Assembly: GCA_002269645.1 (NCBI GenBank)
Contig: NIVC01002707.1
Location: 84,274 to 148,273, forward strand
Length of the DNA stretch: 64,000 nucleotides
Direction: 5' to 3'
From: Macrostomum lignano
Lineage: Eukaryota
Within the stretch, counting starts at the first letter, position 1. The number at the start of each line of letters is the position of its first letter. Positions 1 to 12,362 of the stretch are shown here, in pieces. The notes beneath the pieces are model-generated. The model was given only the letters and a program-made list of their open reading frames with translations, was not told the DNA's origin and made no database searches. A program made the position numbers and the translations under genes.

Positions 1-127
1 GGTCAGGACAGGCACAGGGCAGGGTCAGGACAGGCACAGGGCAGGGTCAGGACAGGCACAGGGCAGGGTCAGGACAGGCACAGGGCAGGGTCAGGACAGG
101 CACAGAGCAGGGTCAGGACAGGCACAG
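1..127. repeat. 22-bp minisatellite (GGTCAGGACAGGCACAGGGCAG), truncated by the window start
   Basis: About 5.8 near-perfect tandem copies read directly from the sequence. Confidence 0.95.
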
Positions 128-876
128 GTCCCGTCAGTCAGCAGTAGGTGACAGCAGAGACGAAGCTGCAGATGCAAAGTACGCCACACCCAAATTCAGC
201 AATACTAAAAGAATGAGCCACATAGCCAAATTTCTGAATCACACACCTGCCACACACAACGATGAGCATAATATTTTGAAGCATGCAATGTGCAGTTCTT
301 TTTTAATAAATATCATTAAAACCTGGGATCACAAGTGGAATACAAAGCAAGTGCACACGCCAAAGGAGGCACGGACAGTCACGGTACAATAGGAATTTAG
401 AAGACGCAAAATGCTTTTCAAAAACAGAGTAATAGCGAAAACAATTAAAAGAAGACAATTTACAACAAAAAAGCAAATAAAAACAGATATCAGCACATGC
501 TTTCTATAATTTAAAAACGGCAGATAATTGTCCCACCGTGCTACTCACTAAAACCATAATATAGTAGTAGTTACCGCATTTTAGGAATACTAAAACAGCT
601 TTAACTTTAAAACAAAACGGAGATTAAGCAAGCATAATAAGACGAATTTATTTGCCAACAATAGGTATAATTTAGCGGTACAATAGTTTATAGTCATTCT
701 CTTTGTAGTCATAAAGTTACTCAGTTATATTGAGTACATTATTAAACTGCCAACAACACTGAAACAGGAAAGCAAAGTCATGGAAACAAAACAGAAAAAA
801 GTAAATGAAAAAAATTGTTTCAATTTTGACTGGAGAAGAAAATTTGTAAACGTAAAGCAGATTTGTTAATCCGACA

Positions 877-1745
877 CCCTCAGCCTTAGTCCCAATCCCA
901 CACCAGCTTAATCCCACACCACCCTCAGCCTGAGTTGGAGCTCAATCCCACACCCTCAGCCTGAGTTGGAGCTCAATCCCACACCCTCAGCCTTAGTCCC
1001 AATCCCACACCAGCTTAATCCCACACCACCCTCAGCCTGAGTTGGAGCTCAATCCCACACCCTCAGCCTGAGTTGGAGCTCAATCCCACACCCTCAGCCT
1101 GAGTTGAAGCTCAATCCCACACCCTCAGCCTGAGTTGGAGCTCAATCCCACACCCTCAGCCTGAGTTGGAGCTCAATCGCACACTCTCAGCCTGAGTTGG
1201 AGCTCAATCCCACACCCTCAGCCTGAGTTGGAGCTCAATCCCACACCCTCAGCTTGAGTTGGAGCTCAATCTCACACCCTCAGCCTGAGTTGGAGCTCAA
1301 TCCCACACCCTCAGCCTGAGTTGGAGCTCAATCCCACACTCTCAGCCTGAGTTGGAGCTCAATGCCACACCCTCAGCCTGAGTTGGAGCTCAATCCCACA
1401 CCCTCAGCCTGAGTTGGAGCTCAATGCCACACCCTCAGCCTGAGTTGGAGCTCAATCCCACACCCTCAGCCTGAGTTGGAGCTCAATCCCACACCCTCAG
1501 CCTGAGTTGGGGCTCAATCCCACACCCTCAGCCTGAGTTGGAGCTCAATGCCACACCCTCAGCCTGAGTTGGAGCTCAATGCCACACCCTCAGCTTGAGT
1601 TGGAGCTCAATCCCACACCCTCAGCCTGAGTTGGAGCTCAATGCCACACCCTCAGCCTGAGTTGGAGCTCAATGCCACACCCTCAGCTTGAGTTGGAGCT
1701 CAATCCTACACCCTCAGCTTGAGTTGGAGCTCATTCCCACACCTT
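877..1745. repeat. 31-bp minisatellite in the presumed PICK1 3' UTR
   Basis: Unit CCACACCCTCAGCCTGAGTTGGAGCTCAATC, period 31 (921 to 952), about 27 copies. It ends just past the PICK1 stop codon at 1749. Confidence 0.95.
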
Positions 1746-1748
1746 CAG

Positions 1749-4700
1749 TCAGCCCAGCTTCAGCAGCGGTTCATCTCCGCCAGGTGACTCGCTGCTGTTG
1801 GCGACCGCAGACACAGCGGCAGAGGCGGCGGGGGCGGCGGCAGCGGCGGGAGCGGCGGCGTCCCACGCGGCGAACGGCGCCTGAGGCGAGTCGCGGAACT
1901 CCCTGATGCCGGATCGGGGCTCGTCAGCGTCGTCCTCATCGTCCTCGTCCTCGTGCAGCGGAGTGGTGCTCTCGTATTGGAAGCTGTTCTTGTTCAGGTC
2001 CATCTCGATTGGGAAGATTCTGCAGCCCTTCATCACTTCGCAGCAGTCATTGTGGTACTTGCTCATGGCCTGGACCAGGCACTGCAACTGGGACACCGTG
2101 TCCTGCACTGCATGGGCGAGGGCGACGGCTATTGCGCGATGAACTGTAGATGTACTTTTAATAGTGAGACTTGATCATTTGATAGATTTGATAATTAATG
2201 AGAGAGATTGCAAATTTGACATTGAATGAATGAGATTCGATAGTGGGTGGGTGAGATTTTATATTGGGTGGGTGAGATTTAATATTGGGTGGGTGAAATT
2301 TGATATTGGGTGGATGTGATTTAATATTGGGTGGGTGAAATTTGATATTGGGTGTATGTGATTTAATATTGGGTGGGTGAAATTTGATATTGGGTGGGTG
2401 AAATTTGATATTGGGTGTAAGAGATTTAATATTGGGTGGGTGAGATTTAATATTGGGTGGGTGAGATTTCATATTGGGTGGGTGAGATTTCATATTGGGT
2501 GTATGTGATTTTATATTGGGTGGGTGAGATTTAATATTGGGTGGGTGAGATTTAATATTGGGTGGGTGAAATTTGATATTGGGTGGGTGAAATTTGATAT
2601 TGGGTGTATGAGATTTAATATTGGGTGGGTGAGATTTGATATTGGACGGATGAGATTCGATAGTGGGTGGGTGAGATTTGATATTGGGTGGGTGAGATTT
2701 GATATTGGGTGTATGTGATTTAATATTGGGTGGGTGAGATTTAATATTGGGTGGGTGAGATTTCATATTGGGTGGGTGAGATTTCATATTGGGTGGGTGA
2801 GATTGAAAATCAGTGGGTGAGATTTGATACTGGGTGTAAGAGATTTGATATTCGGTGGGTGAGATTTGATATCGGATGATGAGATTTGATATTGGGTGTA
2901 TGTAATTTAATATTGGGTGGGTGAGATTTCATATTGGGTGGGTGAGATTTCATATTGGGTGGGTGAGATTTCATATTGGGTGGGTGAGATTTCATATTGG
3001 GTGGATGAGATTGAAAATCAGTAGGTGAGATTTGTACTGGGTGTAAGAGATTTGATATTGGGTGGGTGAGATTTGATATCGGATGATGAGATTTGACATT
3101 GGGGGTGAGATTTGATCGAAATTAAAGAAGTCAGAATTGGAAGTCGCCGCTCACCGTGCTTGTTGTCCAGCAGCTCGATCTTCACCAGCACATCATTGCG
3201 CATCTTGGCAAACCGGCTTCTGGCTTCCTGACGGCAGCGGAGGATCAGCCTGAGCAGGGAATACAGTGGGATGTGGGATCTTATTAAGTACTATAATAGC
3301 TATTCCGAGACTCATAACAGCCTCACCTGTACTCATAACAGCCTCACCTGTACTCATAACAGCCTCACCTGTACTCATAACAGCCTCACCTGTACTCACA
3401 ACAGCCTCACCTGTACTCATAACAGCCTCACCTGTACTCATAACAGCCTCACCTGTACTCATAACAGCCTCACCTGTACTCATAACAGCCTCACCTGTAC
3501 TCATAACAGCCTCACCTGTACTCATAACAGCCTCACCTGTACTCATAACAGCCTCACCTGTACTCACAACAGCCTCACCTGTAATCACAACAGCCTCACC
3601 TGTACTCACAACAGCCTCACCTGTACTCATAACAGCTTCACCTGTACTCATAACAGCCTCACCTGTACTCATAACAGCCTCACCTGTACTCATAACAGCC
3701 TCACCTGTACTCATAACAGCCTCACCTGTACTCACAACAGCCTCACCTGTACTCACAACAGCCTCACCTGTACTCACAACAGCCTCACCTGTACTCATAA
3801 CAGCTTCACCTGTACTCATAACAGCCTCACCTGTACTCATAACAGCCTCACCTGTACTCACAACAGCCTCACCTGTACTCATAACAGCCTCACCTGTACT
3901 CACAACAGCCTCACCTGTACTCACAACAGCCTCACCTGTACTCACAACAGCCTCACCTGTACTCATAACAGCTTCACCTGTACTCATAACAGCCTCACCT
4001 GTACTCATAACAGCCTCACCTGTACTCATAACAGCCTCACCTGTACTCATAACAGCCTCACCTGTACTCATAACAGCCTCACCTGTACTCATAACAGCCT
4101 CACCTGTACTCACAACAGCCTCACCTGTACTCATAATTCCCGGTCTCCACCCGATAAAGCGGCTCCTGAAGCGCGGCAAAGCTGTACTCTTCATCATCCA
4201 TCTCTTTCACTTTGAGACAGTAGGACTGCAATTTTGAGGTGTGAAGTTTTCAAACATCAAATTCCGTATCATTTATTAGTTGCATCGAAAAAAATATTCG
4301 AACAAACAACTCACCAAATATTCGAATTTGCAATCCAGATATTTCTTTACAGTCAGTCGAGTGTCTGGCACCACTTTAGTCAGGAATGTGTTCATATCGC
4401 TGATCATCTGTTGCGAGAATTGGAGGGATTTGAAGAGGATCAATGAGATTGGGATTTGAGTAGTTAGACTAGAATTTGAGCAATGAGATTGGGATTTGAG
4501 TAATGAGATTGGGATTTGAGTCATGAGATTTCGGATTTGAGTCATGAGATTAGGGATTTGAGTAATGAGATTTTATGATTTGAGTAATGAGATTTCGGAT
4601 TTGAGTCATGAGATTAGGGATTTGAGTAATGAGATTTTATGATTTGAGTAATGAGATTTCGGATTTGAGTAATGAGATTTGGGATTTGAGTAATGAGATT

Positions 4701-7700
4701 TGGGATTTGAGTAATGAGATTTCGTATTTAAGTAATGATATTGGGATTTGAGTTCTAAATAAGCCATCATAATAGGAGCCTCCAATCGCTTATAAAACAT
4801 ACTCCCAGCCATACAGGACTGCGGGCCTCACAAAACTGGTACTAAATAATAATGACTGACGCGGGAATTACCGGTAAGTGGGCCAAAGACAAACTGAGTT
4901 TTATTTCTACAGCAAACAATCTGGCAGGGCAGAGGCGTTAGCTTAGCTTATAAAAACCCCGGTTTGCCTGTTCTGCAAACAAAAATGTTCCGTGGATCCA
5001 GAAAGATATAGCAGCAGCAGCACCCACCGGCTTCACAGTCTTCAAGCACTCGATGGCCGCCTGCTCCATCCTGCGGTGAGTCCCGCCAAACTGGGTGAAC
5101 GCCTCCGAGGCCCGAGGCTGCGGCTCCTTCACCCCGATCTCAGACAGAATCTCGCCGAACACCCGCTGCACCTGGCTGAGCCGATAAAAAGCCTTAATTA
5201 AGGACTTAGTCTGGTTCATCAGGCCGAAGAACATCCCGGCTGTCCGGTTCATCTCGTCCAGCTTCTTCAGTAGGCCGTCTGGAGCAGGGATTTGGGAAAC
5301 TTAGAAGAGTTAAGACTAGCTTTCATTAATAATATTCATATTCATATTTTACCAGAGACCGGCACAACACGAGACAATTATTGATAGCAGGATTATAGCT
5401 AAATGAAATCGATATCTATTTGAAACAACTGCAACCCGAATCTACGATATTCCATATGCTATTTCATAAAATGGTAATGTCACCAACCTCGAAATGTCAT
5501 AAGCTGGAAATCTCATAGAACGGAAATCTCACTAGATGGAAATCCCACAAGCTGGAAATCTCACTAGCTGGAAATCCCACTAGATGGAAATCTCACAAGC
5601 TGGAAATCTCACAAGCTGGAAATCTCACTAGCTGGAAATCCCACTAGATGGAAATCTCACAAGCTGTAAATCTCACTAGATGGAAATCTCACTAGCTGGA
5701 AATCCCACTAGATGGAAATCTCAAAAGCTGGAAATCTCACAAGCTGGAATTCTCATAGAATGGAAATCTCACTAGATAGAAATCTCACAAGCTGGAAATC
5801 TCACAAGCTGGAAATCTCACAAGCTGGAAATCTCACAAGCTGGAAATCTAACAAGCTGGAAATCCCACTAGATGGAAATCTCAAAAGCTGGAAATCTCAC
5901 TAGATGGAAATCCCACTAGCTGGAAATCCCACTAGATGGAAATCTCACTAGCTGGAAATCTCACAAGCTGGAAATCCCACTAGATGGAAATCTCACAATC
6001 TAGAAATCTCACAAGCTGGAATTCTCATAGAATGGAAATCTCACTAGATAGAAATCTCACAAGCTGGAAATCTCACAATCTGGAAATCTCACTAGATGGA
6101 AATCTCACAAGCTGGAAATCTAACAAGCTGGAAATCTAACAAGCTGGAAATCCCACTAGATGGAAATCTCAAAAGCTGGAAATCTCACTAGATAGAAATC
6201 TCACAAGCTGGAAATCTCACTAGATGGAAATCCCACTAGATGGAAATCTCACTAGCTGGAAATCCCACTAGATGGAAATCTCACAAGCTGGAAATCTCAC
6301 AAACTGGAAATCCCACTAGATGGAAATCTCAAAAACTGGAAATCTCACTAGATAGAAATATCACAAGCTGGAAATCTCACAATCTGGAAATCTCACTAGA
6401 TGGAAATCTCACAAGCTGGAAATCTAACAAGCTGGAAATCCCACTAGATGGAAATCTCAAAAGCTGGAAATCTCACTAGATAGAAATCTCACAAGCTGGA
6501 AATCTCACTAGATGGAAATCCCACTAGATGGAAATCTCACTAGCTGGAAATCCCACTAGATGGAAATCTCACAAGCTGGAAATCTCACAAGCTGGAAATC
6601 CCACAAGCTGGAAATCCCACAAGCTGGAAATCCCACTAGATGGAAATCTCACAATCTGGAAATCTCACAAGCTGGAATTCTCATAGAATGGAAATCTCAC
6701 TAGATAGAAATCTCACAAGCTGGAAATCTCACAAGCTGGAAATCTTACAAGCTGGAAATCTCATAGAATGGAAATCTCACTAGATGGAAATCCCACTAGA
6801 TGGAAATCTCACAAGCTGGAACTCTCACAAGCTAAAAATCTGTATACTGCAGCTAACACCCATGTATATTGTTATCTAGAAATGTAGTGAAATTTCTGCA
6901 AATTTCTGTTAGTCATTTGTTGTCTATCTAAACCAAATGATTAGGTTTCATTATTTGAACGAATTTCATATCCGGTTGTAAAAGTCACAATCTGATTGTG
7001 TTGCTGAGATGCCAAGCGTCAAAGGGTTAATGAAGCCATGGTTTAAAGGGAGGCTCAAAGATGGAAATCTCACAAGCTGGTAATCTCACAAGATGGAAAC
7101 CTCACTAGATAGAAATCTCACAAGATGGAAATCTCACAAGCTGGAAATCTCAAACTCGAAATCTCATAAACGGGAAATCTTATAGACTGAAAATCTCACA
7201 AATTGGAAATCGTACAAGCAGGAAATCTCATGAGCTGGAAATCTCATTAGAAATTTCACAAGCTGGAAAACTCACAAGCTGGAAATCTCATAAGCTGGAA
7301 ATCTCACAAACTGAAAATCTCAAAAGTAGGAAATCTCATAAATGGGAAATCTCATAAACGGGAAATCTCAAAAACTGGAAACCTGAAGACCTCATGCCGA
7401 AATCACAATCAAAACAACATCATAATTATTTAGCAAAATCCACAACAACAAAGGAAAATAACACAGAGAAGACCAGACTGCCTTCGTGAAGCAAACTCTC
7501 ATTGCAGTCCGATATCTTCCAGGACCACGGCGTGGTTGGCGCTTATTCTACTCGTAGTAGAAGGGGGCATCGATTGCGCTAAATTAAAATTTACGAGCTG
7601 CAGTCAGAACAGCGTGGACCATGGGGGCGTCTGCCAGCGAGCGATTGACGGAATCACCGACAGCACATTCAGCCGAGGCAGCTGCACCCACACCCAGAGG

Positions 7701-10700
7701 AGAGCTTTCGGGGGCTGGTGGACCGGCTTCTTTGCGGCAAGTATTTGCGGGAATTGGGGGAAATACGGAGCCAGCGTTCACGGGAATTTGGAGCTAGCGT
7801 TCACGGAAATACGGAGCTAGCGTTCACGGGAATTTGGAGCTAGCGTTCACGGAAATCCGGAGCTAGCGTTCACGGGAATTTGGAGCTAGCGTTCACGGAA
7901 ATCCGGAGCTAGCGTTCACGGGAATTTGGAGCTAGCGTTCACGGAAATCCGGAGCTAGCGTTCACGGGAATTTGGAGCTAGCGTTCACGGAAATTTGGAG
8001 CTAGCTTTCATGGGAATTTGGAGCCAGCGTTCACGGGAATCCGGAGCTAGCGTTCACGGGAAGTTGGAGCTAGCGTTCATAGAAATTTGGAGCTAGCGTT
8101 CACGGAAATTTGGAGCTAGCTTTCATGGGAATTTGGAGCTAGCGTTCACGGAAATTTGGAGCTAGCGTTCACGGAAATTTGGAGCTAGCTTTCACGGGAA
8201 TTTGGAGCTAGCGTTCACGGAAATTTGGAGCTAGCTTTCATGGGAATTTGGAGCCAGCGTTCACGGGAATTTGAGCTAGCGTTCACGGAAATCCGGAGCT
8301 AGCGTTCACGGAAATTTGGAGCTAGCTTTCATGGGAATTTGGAGCCAGCGTTCACGGGAATTTGAGCTAGCGTTCACGGAAATCCGGAGCTAGCGTTCAC
8401 AGAAATTTGGAGCTAGCTTTCATGGGAATTTGGAGCTAGCGTTCACGGAAATTTGGAGCTAGCTTTCATGGGAATTTGGAGCTAGCGTTCACGGAAATTT
8501 GGAGCTAGCTTTCATGGGAATTTGGAGCTAGCGTTCACGGAAATTTGGAGCTAGCTTTCATGGGAATTTGGAGCTAGCGTTCACGGAAATTTGGAGCTAG
8601 CTTTCATGGGAATTTGGAGCTAGCGTTCACGGGAATTTGGAGCTAGCTTTCATGGGAATTTGGAGCTAGCGTTCACGGGAATTTGGAGCTAGCGTTCATA
8701 GAAATTTGGAGCTAGCGTTCATAGAAATTTGGAGCTAGAATTCATGGGAATTTGAGGCTACTATTCACAAGACTTTGAAGCTACTATTCACAGGAATTTA
8801 AAGCTACTATTCACAAGACTTTGAAGCTCTATTCACAAGAATTTAAAGTTACTTTTCATAAGACTTTGAAGCTACTATTCACAAGACTTTGAAGCTACTA
8901 TTCACAAGACTTTGAAGCTACTATTCATAAGACTTTAAAGCTACTATTCACCAGACTTTGGAGCTACTATTCACAAGACTTTGGAGTTACTATTCACAAG
9001 ACTTAGGAGTTACTATTCACAAGACTTAGGAGTTACTATTCACATGACTTTGGAGCTACTATTCACAAGTAGCAACGGATCGGTATATGTGATTCACAAG
9101 ACTTTAGAGCTCACGGGCATTGGAAGCTAGAGTTCATGGAAACTCTCGGATAACTCGCAGCATTGGAGTAACAACAAAGATCATTCTATACACCCAACTC
9201 GAACAGGGAGAGGTCAGCGTGGCCAATGTGACCGTATGGAACAGGCAGGACTGCTGCCCAGACAGACTGGACGATTTTGACCTGTCAATCGGCGGCTCCG
9301 TGTGCCAGCACTCAGCCTCCCTGGCCAGCAAGGCTTGGGCTACGCTGGACTGCCGGGGACTGCGAGGCAACAGCGTTACCATAGCAACTAAACTAAAGGA
9401 GGCGTTGACGCTATGCGAAGTGGAAGTCTACGGCGAATATTCAGGTGAAAATGTTGAGCAGACTGCGGCGCGAGAGTGAAGCAAGTACCATTCAATCACA
9501 CGAAAGTAGGCATTCACTACACAAGGACAACAGGTACTTTGACAGAGAAAAGGCAATTTTCGAAGGTAAAAGTAATCGGTAAGTTTTAAATTTCAGTCAA
9601 TATTCTTTTCTCAATATATCCAAACTATCCTACTATAAGTAGCGGAGAAGAAAAACTAAGCGCTATATTTTGTGTGTACAACAAATAAAAAGAAAAGTGC
9701 ACAACAGTCAGGTCAAACCGTTGCACAGAATGGCCCGGCTAAGGCCCAGAGCGTCAGCCGTGTCGTTGGACATGTTCTCAACAACCTTGTGCTTCACTTT
9801 CTTCAGTACTATAATTATATACGGTTTGCATGGCGAAGCGGGTTATGCTATTATTTAGCAACTATCCAGAGAAACTACATCTAGCATGTAAATGTACTTT
9901 TACACCGCGCACCGAAACCCGTCCTGTGCCAGCAGCCCAGTGCGCAATCAAACAAAAATATACAAGTTATGATTTACCACCAAAAACATTTCAGTCAAGC
10001 CCTAGAAAAAAACGATTGAAAAAGGGACAAAGATTCGAGAAATGAATAGAAAATTGGAATTGAAATTTGAAAATATTTTATGGTCAGGTTAGAAATCTTA
10101 CCGTTGACCAGCACGGCTCTGGAGAGGCCGAGGCCGTCCGCGGTCGAGCTGGACATTGTATCCACTACCCTGTGCTTCGCCTTCTTAAGGACTTTAATAG
10201 TTTTCAAGGGTGCGCCAAGAGTGACATGTACAACGGCAACTTAAATGCTTGAACATTAATAAATTAATTACATAAATTTGTAACGCCTAAAAAGCAGAAG
10301 GGCGATTTTAAAAATAGATGTGACATGAAGCCAAAAGAATGAAATCGTTAATGTTGTGGCTGTGGTTTCCCTGATGAATTTTAAGAGGGAAAAATAGTAG
10401 AGGGTAGGGAAGACAGGGGTAGGAGAGGGGTAGGAGAGGGTACGAGAGGGGTAGGAGAGGGTAGGAGAGGGGTAGGAGAGGGTACGAGAGGGGTAAGAGA
10501 GGGTAGGAGAGGGTAGGAGAGGGGTAGGAGAGGGTAGGAGAGGGGTAGGAGAGGGTAGGAGAGGGTAGGAGAAGGGTAGGAGAGGGTAGGAGAGGGGTAG
10601 GAGAGGGGTAGGATTGGGGTATGAGAGGGTAGGAGAGGGTAGGAGAAGGGTAGGAGAGGGTAGGAGAGGGGTAGGAGAGGGGTAGGATTGGGGTATGAGA

Positions 10701-12362
10701 GGGTAGGAGAGGGTAGGAGAGGGTAGGAGAGGGGTAGGAGAGGGGTAGGAGAGACAGGGGTAGGAGAGGGTTAGGAGAGACAGTGGTAGGAGAGAGGTAG
10801 GAGAGGGTAGGAGGGGGTACGAGGGGTAGGAGAGGGGTAGGAGTGAGAGAATGCGGAAGGCAGGTATCATGAATATTAATTCAAAACCTAAATTAAAGAA
10901 TCCGGTATCAAGTGATTCAACACAAAATGCAATGTTATCGGAGTTGCCATGTTCATGTCGATTATTAGGCTGCACTGCAAAAATACTTCAACGGAAGATA
11001 AAAATAGCATACCGTAATAAATGAAATAGGCTATTAATAACAATAATTCTCAATAAATGCCGTTAAAATATTTTCCCACTTACTGATATCCAAACTCTTG
11101 CCCTGCTTTGGATCGGCATGCAAGCAGTTGTAACCGATGGTGACCGCGCCCTGCAATGCCGGGTGCGGGCTCAAGTATGTGTACAGCGGCAGCTGTCACC
11201 CCAACATCAGCAGCAGCTGTCACCCCAACATCAGCAGCTGTCACCCCAACATCAGCAGCAGCTGTCACCCAAACATCAGCAGCAGCATTCGTCACCCCAA
11301 CATCAGCAGCATTCCTCACCCCAACATCAGCAGCATTCGTCACCCCAACATCAGCAGCAACTGTCACCCCAACATCAGCAGCATTCGTCACCCCAACATC
11401 AGCAGCATTCGTCACCCCAACATCAGCAGCATTCGTCACCCCAACATCAGCAGCATTCGTCACCCCAACATCAGCAGCAGCTGTCACCCCAACATCAGCA
11501 GCATTCGTCACCCCAACATCAGCAGCAACTGTCACCCCAACATCAGCACCAGCTGTCACCCCAACATCAGCAGCAGCTGTCACCCCAACATCAGCAGCAT
11601 TCGTCACCCCAACATCAGCAGCATTCGTCACCCCAACATCAGCAGCAGCTGATCAGCCCCAATAAACCTCAGTTCAGGCAACACACCTTGAAGCTCTGAA
11701 TGAGCCGCGCCACCTCCACTTTGCTCTTGGACTTGACGCTCTGCCCATTGACGCTGACAATCTCATCGCCACTTTTCAGAGTGCCCTCTTTGGCTGCCGG
11801 GGTATTGTCAAAGATCTGCACCACATACAGACATGGGCAGTATGGTGCCCCGCCGCCAATGCTAATGCCAATGAGGTTCTGCGGGTCTTTCTCTAGAGAA
11901 ACCACGCCAGAGGTGACTCGCATGCCCCTGTTATAAATATAAATTTATATCTATTTTCAAATTTATAGAACTAAACACATGAATATAAATATTGAAAGTT
12001 AAAATTGCAATCAAAACTAGTCAAAACATTAAAAACTGTACATAAATGTTTTTATAGGGTTAGGAAAGTATTTTGATTATTAAATATTATTATCAATTTT
12101 GGTTTTATTACTAATAAACTATTAAAGAACATTTCATATTTTAGATATTACAATGGCTAAATTTTGTTAGAAAATTCATATATTAGAATCATAAAATAAG
12201 AGCAATAATGGCTGTATTAAATATAAAAATAGTTATGCCTCTATAACATCATACTTACCTTGTATCATGAGGCATGCTCACAAGTTCATTAGGACCAGTT
12301 GGATCATCACAAAATGTGCTTAATGGCATATAAAAACCCTTGGAAGCATCACCTTTTTCCAT
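1749..12362 (-). CDS. PICK1: PICK1 (PDZ + BAR domain protein), 9 coding exons, 466 aa
   Basis: Exons 12259-12362, 11687-11927, 11084-11150, 10102-10191, 5028-5278, 4315-4407, 4125-4225, 3155-3249, 1749-2107. All introns are GT-AG with matching phases, and the total is 1401 nt, divisible by 3. Motifs NLIGISIGGGAPYCPCLYVVQIFDNTPAA (PDZ), VPDTRLTVKKYLDCKFEYLSYCLKVKEMDDEEY and RLILRCRQEAR (BAR), and an acidic tail match PICK1. The first exon is assigned on phase and a strong donor only. Confidence 0.93.
2225..3115. repeat. 21-bp minisatellite in the last PICK1 intron
   Basis: Unit approximately GATATTGGGTGGGTGAGATTT, about 40 degenerate copies. It explains the KSHPPNI pseudo-ORFs. Confidence 0.95.
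3311..4136. repeat. 21-bp minisatellite containing the PICK1 exon end and 5' splice site
   Basis: Sense-strand (minus) unit GCTGTTATGAGTACAG|GTGAG, about 39 copies. The first copy is the real exon/intron junction at 4125/4124. Confidence 0.95.
4441..4752. repeat. 20-21-bp minisatellite in a PICK1 intron
   Basis: Unit approximately AATGAGATT(T)GGGATTTGAGT, about 15 copies. Confidence 0.9.
5490..7385. repeat. 16-bp minisatellite, two blocks (about 5490-6840 and 7060-7385)
   Basis: Units CTGGAAATCTCACAAG and ATGGAAATCCCACTAG interspersed, roughly 100 copies in total. Confidence 0.93.
7508..9479 (+). CDS. Single-domain F-type lectin (fucolectin/FTP domain), nested antisense in a PICK1 intron; start codon not located
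   Basis: Exon to 7736 (...RAIDG...GSCTHTQRRAFGGWWTGFFA) joined through a GC-AG intron 7737-9206 (GCG|GCAAGT ... GAACAG|GGA) to exon 9207-9479 (GEVSVANVTVWNRQDCCPDRL...LTLCEVEVYG). This gives the H-x(27)-R-x-D-x4-R fucose-binding motif (canonical spacing about 26). A hydrophobic signal-like stretch (WLALILLVV) precedes the domain. Confidence 0.82.
7765..9140. repeat. 23-bp minisatellite filling the lectin intron, with two unit types
   Basis: GGGAATTTGGAGCTAGCGTTCAC (about 7765-8750) grades into CAAGACTTTGAAGCTACTATTCA (about 8750-9140). Confidence 0.93.
10400..10845. repeat. Purine-rich 10-11-bp repeat (GAGAGG(G)GTAG)n in a PICK1 intron
   Basis: Read directly. It explains the LLPSPT pseudo-ORF at 10268-10975. 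Confidence 0.93.
11190..11650. repeat. 24-bp minisatellite in a PICK1 intron
   Basis: Unit GTCACCCCAACATCAGCAGCA(GCT/TTC), about 19 copies, open in several frames. Confidence 0.93.

Noticed and set aside
2158-4237. Long repetitive ORFs (KSHPPNI, STGEAVM, ITASPVL, THNSLTC)
   Set aside because: They are translations of 21-bp intronic arrays that lack stops in some frames. The PICK1 exons splice cleanly around them.
11080-11699. Mucin- or antifreeze-like ORF (VTPTSAAA)n on the plus strand
   Set aside because: The 24-bp unit is open in at least four frames, there is no signal peptide, and it lies antisense in a PICK1 intron with intact splice sites. Stranded RNA-seq would be needed to revive it.
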